NCBI GenBank assembly: GCA_965653675.1
Contig: CBFHBA010000021.1
Coordinates: forward strand, 2,386 to 66,385
Direction: 5' to 3'
Length of the DNA stretch: 64,000 bases
Source of the DNA: an uncultured bacterium
GTDB taxonomy: Bacteria; Acidobacteriota; Blastocatellia; Pyrinomonadales; Pyrinomonadaceae
Position numbers and translations under genes: made by a program. The notes under the pieces are model-generated. The model worked only from the letters and a program-made list of their open reading frames with translations, had not been told where the DNA came from and did no database searches. This document shows, piece by piece, positions 9,562 to 17,608 of the stretch; within the stretch, counting starts at the first letter, position 1; each line of letters begins with the position of its first letter.

Positions 9562-10386
9562 ATGAGATTCGCAGCCGGAGTGGACGTCGGATCGACGCAA
9601 ACCAAAGCAGTCATCATTGAAGAGGGCGCCGGGATTGTCGGGCGCGCGCTCACCGACACCGGCGCGAACGTGACTAAGGCTGCCGAGAACGCCTTTCACG
9701 TCGCGTGTCGCGAGGCCAGGGTCGATCCGCGCGATATCGGTTTCGTTGTCGGCACTGGCTATGGACGCTACAAGATCACCTTCGGCAACGCGCAGATGAC
9801 TGAAATCAGTTGTCACGCGCGCGGCGCCAGCTACATCTTCCCTTCCACGCGGACAGTAATCGACATGGGCGGTCAGGACGCGAAAGCGATCAGCGTCGGC
9901 GCGGATGGCTTAGTGCTCGACTTTGTAATGAACGACAAGTGCGCGGCGGGCACGGGCAGGTTTCTCGCGAACGCGGCGGATGTCATGGGCATTACGCTCG
10001 ATGAAGTCGGTCCACTGTCACTGGAAGGCACGCGCCCGGTGAAGCTGACGACTGTCTGCACTGTTTTCGTTGAATCCGACATCCTGTCTTATCTGTCGAT
10101 GGGTAAAACGCCGCCCGATATTCTGCGCGGAGTTCATCTTGCGATTGCCAAGCGCACGATCTCTCTGGCGCGCCGAGTCTCGTTGGAGCCGGACATCACG
10201 ATGACGGGCGGCGTGGCGCGCAACGTCGGCATGGTTAAGGCGATGGAAGACGTTCTCGAAACAAAAATGCAAGTCAGTCCGGATGCGCACTTCATGGGAG
10301 CGATCGGCGCGGCGTTGTTTGCGCTGGAAAAAGAGGACGAGAGTTTCGAGACGGCGGTCTGGAGGACACCGGCATGCACCACGTAG
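9562..10386 (+). CDS. BadF/BadG/BcrA/BcrD-type ATPase (delta subunit/activase-like, BcrD/BadG/BzdP/HgdC-like)
   Basis: [19 protein letters not shown]..., [18 protein letters not shown] and [10 protein letters not shown] (the two Cys that bridge the [4Fe-4S] cluster in this family). The start is taken at ATG 9562, after the repeat. Confidence 0.85.
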   Translation: MRFAAGVDVGSTQTKAVIIEEGAGIVGRALTDTGANVTKAAENAFHVACREARVDPRDIGFVVGTGYGRYKITFGNAQMTEISCHARGASYIFPSTRTVIDMGGQDAKAISVGADGLVLDFVMNDKCAAGTGRFLANAADVMGITLDEVGPLSLEGTRPVKLTTVCTVFVESDILSYLSMGKTPPDILRGVHLAIAKRTISLARRVSLEPDITMTGGVARNVGMVKAMEDVLETKMQVSPDAHFMGAIGAALFALEKEDESFETAVWRTPACTT

Positions 10387-11276
10387 CAGGAATCGACAGT
10401 GGATCCGGATTTACAAAAGCAGTGATCATTCGCCAGCGACAGCCGGATCGACCGCCGGTCGTGCTCGGGCTCGGCATCACGCGCACCGGTGCAAAGGTGG
10501 AAGAAGCGGCACGCACGGCTTTGAAAGCGGCCGCGGAAAATGGCCGCATTGAGCCCTCGGAGGTCTCCTACATCGCCGCGACAGGTTTCGGCCGCTACGG
10601 AATTTCATTCCGCGACATTCAGATCACTGAAATCACCAGCGCCGCGCGCGGCGCGCATTACTTGAACCCACGCGCCGCAATCCTTTTGGACATTGGCAGC
10701 CAATCAACGCGCGCGGTCGCCTTGAAAGATGGAGGCAAGGTGGGCGGGTTCAAAACCAACGACAAGTGCGCGGCCGGCTCAGGCAGCTTCATCCAGCGTG
10801 CGGCAAAGTAACTTCAGTTCGGTATTGAATACGTTGGCGAGCTGGCTTTGAAGTCAGAGAATTCTCAACCGATCAGCAGCGTCTGCGCGGTGCTTGCGGA
10901 AAGCGAAATCATCAATCACGTGAGCACCGGCGTTGGCGTGGAAGACATCCTGAGAGGCATTTACGATTCGCTCGCCGATCGTTCAGCGCTGTTATTGAAG
11001 CGTGTGCAAACGCGCGGCAAAGTCGCCACACCCGCTAATGAGGAAAAGAATAATCAGGGCGCGACTATGTTCATTGGCGGCGTCGCGACCCAGCGCGGAA
11101 TGGTGAAGGCGTTGGAGCAACGACTCGGAATCACGGTCGAAGTCCCGAACGACTGCGAATACGTCTGCGCGCTCGGGGCGGCCCTACTGGGTTTAAGTCG
11201 ACTGCAAAGCCGCGGCGACAACGTGCTCGAAGCATCTCACTCAACCTATCATTTCGAATCCGTCACAACAGTCTGA
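10374..11276 (+). pseudogene. second BcrA/BcrD-type ATPase (alpha-like) interrupted by an in-frame TAA at 10809-10811
   Basis: ORFs 10374..10811 and 10848..11276 share one frame. Reading through gives ...FIQRAAK*LQFGIEYVGELALKSENSQPISSVCAVLAESE..., a continuous ATPase with NDKCAAGSGSF and SVCAVLAESE motifs. Confidence 0.8.
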
Positions 11277-11320
11277 CGTCGTTACTGATCCGACGAATGG
11301 ATAAATTTTAAATCGCGGAA

Positions 11321-11380
11321 TTATCACTACGTGGCGTGATAATAACGGGCAAGATAATCCCGGAATTCGAGTATTATCAT
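11321..11380. promoter_or_regulatory. AT-rich operator-like palindromes upstream of the amidohydrolase gene
   Basis: ttatcac (11321-11327) pairs with gtgataa (11336-11342), and gataat (11352-11357) pairs with attatc (11373-11378). GATAAT/ATTATC half-sites resemble Fur-box hexamers. Confidence 0.3.
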
Positions 11381-11434
11381 GCCCATTACGCATAATATAT
11401 AGACGTCTTCTCGTTCACAAAGGTTAGGAAACCG

Positions 11435-12862
11435 ATGAGAAAAATACCAGCGCTACTTTTGACCCTTCTATTACCTGGTTTGCTATTGGCACAAAAAACG
11501 ACAACTTCACAGTCGCGTCCGCTTGTTTTGACACACCTCACAGTGATTGATGTCACGCGCGGACAGGCTAAACCCGATATGACCGTGATAATCGAGGGCG
11601 GGCAAATTATTGCGCTCGGTAAGAGTCGCACAATCAAAGTGCCGCAGGGCGCACAGGTGATTGACGCTACGGGCAAGTATCTAATACCCGGCCTGTGGGA
11701 CATGCATGTGCATGAGTGGAACAAGGAGGTTTTCTTTCCGCTCTTCATCGCCAACGGCATAACCGGCGTGCGCGACATGTTCTCGCCACTGCCCCCGATC
11801 AAACAATGGCGCGCGGAGGTCGCGGCGGGGACGACAATCGGCCCGCATATATTCGCGGCTGGCATCCTCATAGATGGACCGAACCCCTTCTGCAAGCCAT
11901 GTACAATTGCGGTCAGCAACGACGACGAGGGGAGAAAAGCAGTGCTCAAGGTCAAGGATATGGGGGCAGACTTCATTAAGATTTATAGCATGGTCCCCCG
12001 CGACGCCTACTTTGCAATTGCCGATGAGGCGAAGCGACAGAACATGGTTTTCGCCGGACACGTGCCCGAATTCGTGAGCGCCGCCGAAGCCTCCGATGCC
12101 GGGCAAAAGAGCATTGAGCATTTGATGGGAGTGCTCGTAGCGTGCTCGGCGAAGGAGGCAGAACTGAGGAAGGAAAATGAGGCGAAACTTCGGGCGGAGG
12201 GTATTCGTCAAGACACCGCAGTGCTCGAACAGGCCGCAGCCCTCGATAGCTTTGACGAGAAGAAAGCTACGGCGCTCTTCGCCCGCTTCGTCAGGAATGG
12301 GACGTGGATGTGCCCAACACTCACTGTGCTTCGGGCGCTAGCGTTTAGTGGTGATGCGGACTTCCGAAACGATCCGCGAATCAAGTACATCCCCGATTTC
12401 CTGAAGCAGCAATTTTGGGGAGACGCTTACGGCTGGAAGGAACACACGCCAGAATTTAACGCGCAAGCAAAGAGAGTCTTTCAAAAACAGCTTGAGGTGG
12501 TCGGGCTGATGAACCGAGCGGGCGTTCGGATCATCGCCGGCACGGACACGGCTAACCCTTATGTCTTTCCCGGTTTCAGCCTGCACGAAGAACTCGCCCT
12601 GTTGGTCCAAGCCGGGCTGACGCCCACCGAGGCGCTGCGAACCGCCACTATCAACCCGGCGAAGTATTTCGACATGGAGAAATCGCTCGGCACTGTCGTA
12701 AAAGGCAAAATAGCCGACCTCGTGTTGCTCGACGCAAATCCGCTCACGGACATCAACAACACACGAAAGATTTATGCCGTAATCGTGGGCGGCAAATACT
12801 TGCCAATGGAAACGCTCCAAAATTTGCTCGCTGATGTTGAAGCTGTGGCTAATAAAAAGTGA
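11435..12862 (+). CDS. secreted amidohydrolase family protein (metal-dependent hydrolase)
   Basis: 475 aa with signal peptide MRKIPALLLTLLLPGLLLAQ, the DMHVHEW HxH motif, and GTDT...PG and DLVLLDANPL blocks. Confidence 0.8.
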   Translation: MRKIPALLLTLLLPGLLLAQKTTTSQSRPLVLTHLTVIDVTRGQAKPDMTVIIEGGQIIALGKSRTIKVPQGAQVIDATGKYLIPGLWDMHVHEWNKEVFFPLFIANGITGVRDMFSPLPPIKQWRAEVAAGTTIGPHIFAAGILIDGPNPFCKPCTIAVSNDDEGRKAVLKVKDMGADFIKIYSMVPRDAYFAIADEAKRQNMVFAGHVPEFVSAAEASDAGQKSIEHLMGVLVACSAKEAELRKENEAKLRAEGIRQDTAVLEQAAALDSFDEKKATALFARFVRNGTWMCPTLTVLRALAFSGDADFRNDPRIKYIPDFLKQQFWGDAYGWKEHTPEFNAQAKRVFQKQLEVVGLMNRAGVRIIAGTDTANPYVFPGFSLHEELALLVQAGLTPTEALRTATINPAKYFDMEKSLGTVVKGKIADLVLLDANPLTDINNTRKIYAVIVGGKYLPMETLQNLLADVEAVANKK

Positions 12863-12920
12863 GCCGGTGTCAAACGCGGGATGTCTAACAAAGGCATGCA
12901 CCCGACGTTCGATTCGCGGA

Positions 12921-13151
12921 TACCAAGCTTACGCGGTTCTGACGATGTGCAGGCTGCTTTTTACTCTACGAAACAGAACAGTCGCATCGAAATCGATTGC
13001 GCGTTGGGCCGAGGAAAATTATGGCAGACCGTGGGCAGTCTTGATTGAGCAAGCCTTAGAATCGCAAGATGGCGAGAGATTGAACAAGTTGCGCGAAACG
13101 CAGGGCTTTATTCGTTTCACTCTTGAACTTAGCAGACAGATGAGCGTGTAG
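12921..13151 (+). pseudogene. orphan C-terminal fragment of a DUF4111/aminoglycoside-nucleotidyltransferase-like protein
   Basis: YAVLTMCRLLFTLRNRTVASKSIARWAEENYGRPWAVLIEQALESQDG... resembles the AadA-type C-terminal domain. No nucleotidyltransferase N-domain lies upstream. Confidence 0.45.
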
Positions 13152-13197
13152 TGATGTGCCGCCGGTATTCGATAGTACGACTCGGAGGCTGAAAGAT

Positions 13198-13659
13198 ATG
13201 TTTTGTCCCACCTGCGGTGGACAGTTCGAAGGCGTCTTGAACTACTGCAAACATTGTGGGACGAATCTCGCCGTGCTAAATCGCATCAGCGATCAGAAGC
13301 CGGCGGAGAGATCGACGGAGACTTTAGGGTGGGTTATCGCCGGAACCAGCATTACCCTCCTGGGAATGGCTCTGGGAGCGTTAGTGTTGATGAAGGATAA
13401 CGGGATCGACCCTTCTCTGGGCAAGATTTTCGTAATGATGAGCCTGGTGGGCTTTGTCTTGGTCGAAGGAGTTTTGGTAGCGCGTTTCTGGCAGCAGAGT
13501 CGAAAGATCAATCAGGCGCAGTCACCACAGACAGCCGACTTCAGTACCAGCGAATTGAGACAAGGCTCCACTCCGGTTTTGGCTGAACCTGGAGAGCCTG
13601 TCAGCAACATCGAGAATTCAACTCGTGAATTAGAACATTCTTACCAGGCTAAGAAGTAG
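13198..13659 (+). CDS. zinc-ribbon membrane protein
   Basis: The ATG at 13198 is preceded by GGAGG. MFCPTCGG...YCKHCG zinc ribbon followed by two hydrophobic helices. Confidence 0.6.
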   Translation: MFCPTCGGQFEGVLNYCKHCGTNLAVLNRISDQKPAERSTETLGWVIAGTSITLLGMALGALVLMKDNGIDPSLGKIFVMMSLVGFVLVEGVLVARFWQQSRKINQAQSPQTADFSTSELRQGSTPVLAEPGEPVSNIENSTRELEHSYQAKK

Positions 13660-13682
13660 CCCGTCGCAAGTCTTATCCAAGG

Positions 13683-13743
13683 CAAAAGGAAAAAGGTAAA
13701 AGGAAAAAGAAACCGCGCGGCCGCCGCGTCAACTCCACGTTAT
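13683..13743 (+). repeat. direct repeat copy A (purine-rich tract plus CGCGCGGCCGC..GTCAACTCC..CGTTAT)
   Basis: Shares the core cgcgcggccgc(cgc)gtcaactccNNcgttat and an upstream aaagg/aaaagg-rich tract with 15221-15277, in the same orientation. Confidence 0.8.
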
Positions 13744-13960
13744 TTTCGCCGGACACATCATCTGCTAAGACAGCGCGCTACTTGATGCCCTTGCTATAGC
13801 AAACCTTCGGTGATAACTTCGCCGCCACTCGCTGTCAATCGGGTTGGTCTCGAACGGGTTTTGGTGCGGCAATCCTTCCTACACCAGCCCATCAGGCGCT
13901 CCATTCGTCGCAGTTTTCCCGAATGAGCCGTTCAATCAGTCTCTGAAAGGAGCAAGGTTT

Positions 13961-14989
13961 ATGTCTTCGAAATTCGCGCGAAAAATTCTTGAGGCTAGAA
14001 CGAACGCGGGCAAGTCTCTCGCTTTCGGTTTGGTTCTAAGCTTAACTGCCCTGGTTTCGCTGGCATCTCAGGTTGCAGGGCAATCCTTTTTCTTCTCAAC
14101 CGGCAATCCCGATGGAAGGATAGCCACCGCCTCGCGGCCACCAGGCTCGGGGCTGAACCAGGAAACGGAATCGGCTGATGATTTCGTCGTTACGTCGCAG
14201 ACCGCTATCACTTCAGCCACGTTTACCGGGCTGATTCCGTTAGGAGTCAGCTTGAGTAATGTTGCCGAGGTTAGCGTCTCGATTTATCGGGTGTTCCCGA
14301 GCGATTCAAACGTGGGCCGGACATCTGGACCGCCGACCTTCAGTACCGCACAGGTTCCCACACGAGTCAACTCTCCTTCGGACGTCGAGTCCTTTACTCG
14401 AGATTCATTGGACGGGAACTTGACGTTCGCTACGACGTTGCTAGCCAGCGTCTTTACGGTTCCCAAGAGCGTGGATCTGGGGATCCATCCGAAACCGGGC
14501 AATCTGACCGGAGGGGACGGGCCAGCAACTGGTCAGGAAGTTCGATTTAATGTAAGGTTCACCAATCCACTCGAGCTACCTGCGGGTCACTACTTCTTCG
14601 TTCCTCAGGTCTTGCTCACGGACGCCAATAAGCATTTTCTGTGGCTGTCAGCACCGAGGCCGATCATTGCGCCAGGGACTCCTTTCCCTGCCGGATTTTC
14701 CGATTTGCAATCGTGGACCAGGAACGCAGATCTGGATCCTGATTGGCTCCGGATTGGCACTGACATAGTTGGTGGAACGACATTCAACGCCACTTTTTCA
14801 GCAGCAGGCATCGAATTTCCGAACTGCAGCGGCCCAGCGCCCGGTGTCCCCTGGAAAAATCATGGGGAATATGTCTCCGCAACCGCGCACATTGTGAACC
14901 AGTTCCTGGACCAGGGGCTAATCACCCAGGAACAGGCGGATGCCATCGTGGGAAGCGCAGCTGAATCTAACTGCGGTAAGAAACACTAA
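13961..14989 (+). CDS. secreted hypothetical protein
   Basis: The ATG at 13961 is preceded by AAAGGAG. Signal-like LAFGLVLSLTALVSLASQVAG. No recognisable domain. The C-terminal Cys pair spans NCSGP...NCGKKH. Confidence 0.6.
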   Translation: MSSKFARKILEARTNAGKSLAFGLVLSLTALVSLASQVAGQSFFFSTGNPDGRIATASRPPGSGLNQETESADDFVVTSQTAITSATFTGLIPLGVSLSNVAEVSVSIYRVFPSDSNVGRTSGPPTFSTAQVPTRVNSPSDVESFTRDSLDGNLTFATTLLASVFTVPKSVDLGIHPKPGNLTGGDGPATGQEVRFNVRFTNPLELPAGHYFFVPQVLLTDANKHFLWLSAPRPIIAPGTPFPAGFSDLQSWTRNADLDPDWLRIGTDIVGGTTFNATFSAAGIEFPNCSGPAPGVPWKNHGEYVSATAHIVNQFLDQGLITQEQADAIVGSAAESNCGKKH

Positions 14990-15220
14990 CGCGAACACCA
15001 CATCGCACCAGCAGTTCAGATGCAGATGGTTACGGCTTAGCATGTGTTCAATCGCCACGCAGGCGGGCAGCGTCGACTGCCCGCCGCGCCAATCATTGTC
15101 AGACGCGAAGGGCAAAGTGGTAGGCGAATTGCCAGCACGTTCCAAGTCTCGAGGACGTCATTGACGGTCAGCACGCCGTCTAACAAACCATTGGACGCGA
15201 ACCGCGGGATCGTGTGACGT

Positions 15221-15277
15221 AAGGGACAAAGGGGAAAGGGGTAAGAAATCGCGCGGCCGCGTCAACTCCGGCGTTAT
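15221..15277 (+). repeat. direct repeat copy B
   Basis: aagggacaaaggggaaaggggtaagaaatcgcgcggccgcgtcaactccggcgttat, homologous to 13683-13743. Confidence 0.8.
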
Positions 15278-15323
15278 GCGACTATTGCCCTGGCTCCGTG
15301 ATCATGCTGGCAGATTGCCCGAT

Positions 15324-15725
15324 TCACGCGGGTCGCGGTGAACGACTCCCACTAACTGCGTAAACCACAAACATCCCGAGCACAATCAGAAACGCGCCGA
15401 TGCCGCGGATCATTGTCGTCGCGTATGGCAGTATCTGCTGCGCAATCCTCTGAGCGCCGGCTACGCCGATTACCAACGTAACTATTCCGCCGAGAATTGC
15501 CAACGCTCCCATCACTCGCAACACAATGGGAAAGCGCGAGCCGCCTGCTGCCATCAGTAGAATCAGGCCAATGGCCAACCGAATGCCGGCGGCCACGTAA
15601 ATTCCATTCGGCGTTGTGGTAAAGCGAGCAAACGGAAGTATTCGATCAGGAACCAGCAGAGCCGACAGCCCAAGCAACATCATCAAGAAGCCAAGAATCG
15701 TTGCAAGCATCCGACGAATTTTCAT
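15324..15725 (-). CDS. small polytopic membrane protein
   Basis: The ATG at 15725 is preceded by GGAGG. About 133 aa with four hydrophobic helices. Confidence 0.55.
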   Translation of the reverse strand: MKIRRMLATILGFLMMLLGLSALLVPDRILPFARFTTTPNGIYVAAGIRLAIGLILLMAAGGSRFPIVLRVMGALAILGGIVTLVIGVAGAQRIAQQILPYATTMIRGIGAFLIVLGMFVVYAVSGSRSPRPA

Positions 15726-15846
15726 TTGTACCTCCTGTGTGAGACGCGTCACTGCCGCGCAGATGATTATGTTCGATATTCATCGCAACGGGGAGCGTTC
15801 GTTTAGAACCAGCGCCGCTCCGAAAATCATAGGGAAGACAAAAATC

Positions 15847-16041
15847 ATGGCACTAACGATTCTTGAAGATTGCATCAATTGTGACGCCTGCCGCGCCGAA
15901 TGCCCGACCGAGTCAGTTCGCGCCGGCGAAGATATCTACGAAATCGATCCAAACACCTGCGTGGAGTGTGAAGGATATTTCGACTCGCCAAAATGCGTCG
16001 AGATGTGTCCGATCGATTGCATCGTTCCGCTTGCCGCCTAA
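15847..16041 (+). CDS. 4Fe-4S dicluster ferredoxin (YfhL-like)
   Basis: 64 aa, MALTILEDCINCDACRAECP...CVECEGYFDSPKCVEMCPIDC. Confidence 0.85.
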   Translation: MALTILEDCINCDACRAECPTESVRAGEDIYEIDPNTCVECEGYFDSPKCVEMCPIDCIVPLAA

Positions 16042-16224
16042 CTCACGCTAACTGGCGAGCCTTCGCAGAAACAATCCAACGATGTAAGCAAGCGTAGCGA
16101 CGATGCCGCCGACGAACAGCGTCGATAAGCCCGACCGCCACCAACTGACTGTCGACCAGCGGCTCTTAATCGAGCCAATCACGCGTGAAAATAGCGCGGC
16201 GCTTAAGTGCTGGGACGACAACGG

Positions 16225-16388
16225 AAAAAGATCAAAAGTCCGTGAAACGGACGGCGAATACAGAACCCCTTGCGGTAGCAAGCGGGTTAACGATTCGACT
16301 GCGACTCAAAGGGAATCTTTATCCCGCTGCACTATCGTTCGCGGTTCTCTAAATTCAATCGCCGACTATGAACCCACCCAGACTTTTT
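16225..16388 (-). repeat. dispersed ~170-nt element, copy 1, ending (minus strand) in a terminator-like hairpin
   Basis: Roughly three-quarters identical by eye to 26531-26706 in the same orientation. The minus-strand 3' end is GTCCGTTTCACGGAC followed by TTTTGATCTTTTT (stem at 16238-16252). It starts 31 nt after the kinase stop. Confidence 0.75.
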
Positions 16389-16419
16389 AGGCGAAGCTAA
16401 CCTTAGCTGCTCTATGTTG

Positions 16420-17571
16420 CTATTGCTCGATGATCGGAAGCCGAATCGCGAAGGTCGATCCTTTGCCAACGACGGATTTCACATCAACGCTGCCGCCATG
16501 CACGCGCGCAATGCGACGCACTGCCGGAAGTCCGAGACCTGTGCCGCCTTTGCTGGTGGTGAAGAACGGACTGAAGATGTTCGTTAAATCTTGCGCCTCG
16601 ATACCGCGACCGTTGTCGGACACTTCGATAACAGCCTCTTCGCCGGCCTCATCGTCGGCCGGACGAACACGACGAATTCGCAGCGTCACCTTGCCGTCAC
16701 CGTCGAGTGCTTCGATCGCATTGATCATGAGATTAAGGACGGCATCTTCAATTTGCGTGGAGTCTACTGCAAGGAAGATGTCTTCGGCCGGCGGCACAAA
16801 TTCGATCTGCACTCCATCGCTCCCGCGTCCGCCGAGTTGCGCGCGCGCCAGATCGACCGTTGCCTGCATAAGCTCAGTCAGCGACGCGCGCACCAACTTC
16901 AGATTCCGCGGCCGCGCCCGATCGAGCAACGCTCGGACAGTGTTGTCGATGCGCTGCACCTGATGGCGCACGCCTTCCAGAGCCTCGCGTTCAGGATCGT
17001 TGGCATCACGCCGGCGAATTAGGATGTCTACGGCGCCCTGAATGCCCGCGAGCGGATTCTTAATCTCATGCGCCAGTCCGGCCGCCAGCTCGCCCGTGAA
17101 TGAAAGCTGCGCCGCACGTTGTAATTCAATCGTTTGTTGGCGAATCTGCTCTTCGGCGAGTTTCAGTTGCGTGACGTCGTGGCGAATCGCGACGTATTGA
17201 TAGGGCTTGCCGTCCTCATCAAGGAACGGCACGATGGTCGTGTCCACCCAGTAAATGCTCCCGTCCTTTGCCCGATTGCGAAGCTCGCCCTTCCAAACCT
17301 GCCCGCTCGCAATCGTCGTCCAGAGATTGCGAATGAATTCTTTTGAGTGATAGCCGGAATTGATGATGCGATGGTCCTGGCCCAGCAGCTCTTCGCGCGA
17401 ATATTTCGAGATCCGACAGAACTGATCGTTGACGTAGTTGATGATGCCGCGCTGATCGGTGATGGCGACGATGGTGGATTGATCGAGCGCGAACTTAATA
17501 TCCGCAAGCTCTTTGAGGGAATCAGCGAGCGCCTGCGCGGTGTGAGCTGTGCTAGCGCGATCGGCAGACAT
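16420..17571 (-). CDS. PAS-domain sensor histidine kinase
   Basis: PAS block (ITDQRGIINYVNDQFCRISKY...), H-box GLAHEIKNPLAGI, and an HATPase_c region with DNGRGI and GGTGLGL. Confidence 0.85.
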   Translation of the reverse strand: MSADRASTAHTAQALADSLKELADIKFALDQSTIVAITDQRGIINYVNDQFCRISKYSREELLGQDHRIINSGYHSKEFIRNLWTTIASGQVWKGELRNRAKDGSIYWVDTTIVPFLDEDGKPYQYVAIRHDVTQLKLAEEQIRQQTIELQRAAQLSFTGELAAGLAHEIKNPLAGIQGAVDILIRRRDANDPEREALEGVRHQVQRIDNTVRALLDRARPRNLKLVRASLTELMQATVDLARAQLGGRGSDGVQIEFVPPAEDIFLAVDSTQIEDAVLNLMINAIEALDGDGKVTLRIRRVRPADDEAGEEAVIEVSDNGRGIEAQDLTNIFSPFFTTSKGGTGLGLPAVRRIARVHGGSVDVKSVVGKGSTFAIRLPIIEQ

Positions 17572-17608
17572 GACGGCAGGAGTTTAGCACGCCTCAGATT
17601 ATTTGTTC

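Noticed and set aside
13713-13743. Possible integron attC site in the direct repeats (GTCAAC ... GTTAT).
   Set aside because: The sequences do not fit the RYYYAAC / GTTRRRY cores. The two boxes are only 5 nt apart rather than at the ends of a 60-140-nt imperfect palindrome. No integrase gene is nearby.
16048-16281. 77-aa minus-strand ORF with a C-terminal hydrophobic helix.
   Set aside because: Its N-terminal third is encoded by the dispersed ~170-nt repeat and there is no SD sequence. It could be a remnant or a very small membrane protein, but I cannot support it as a gene.
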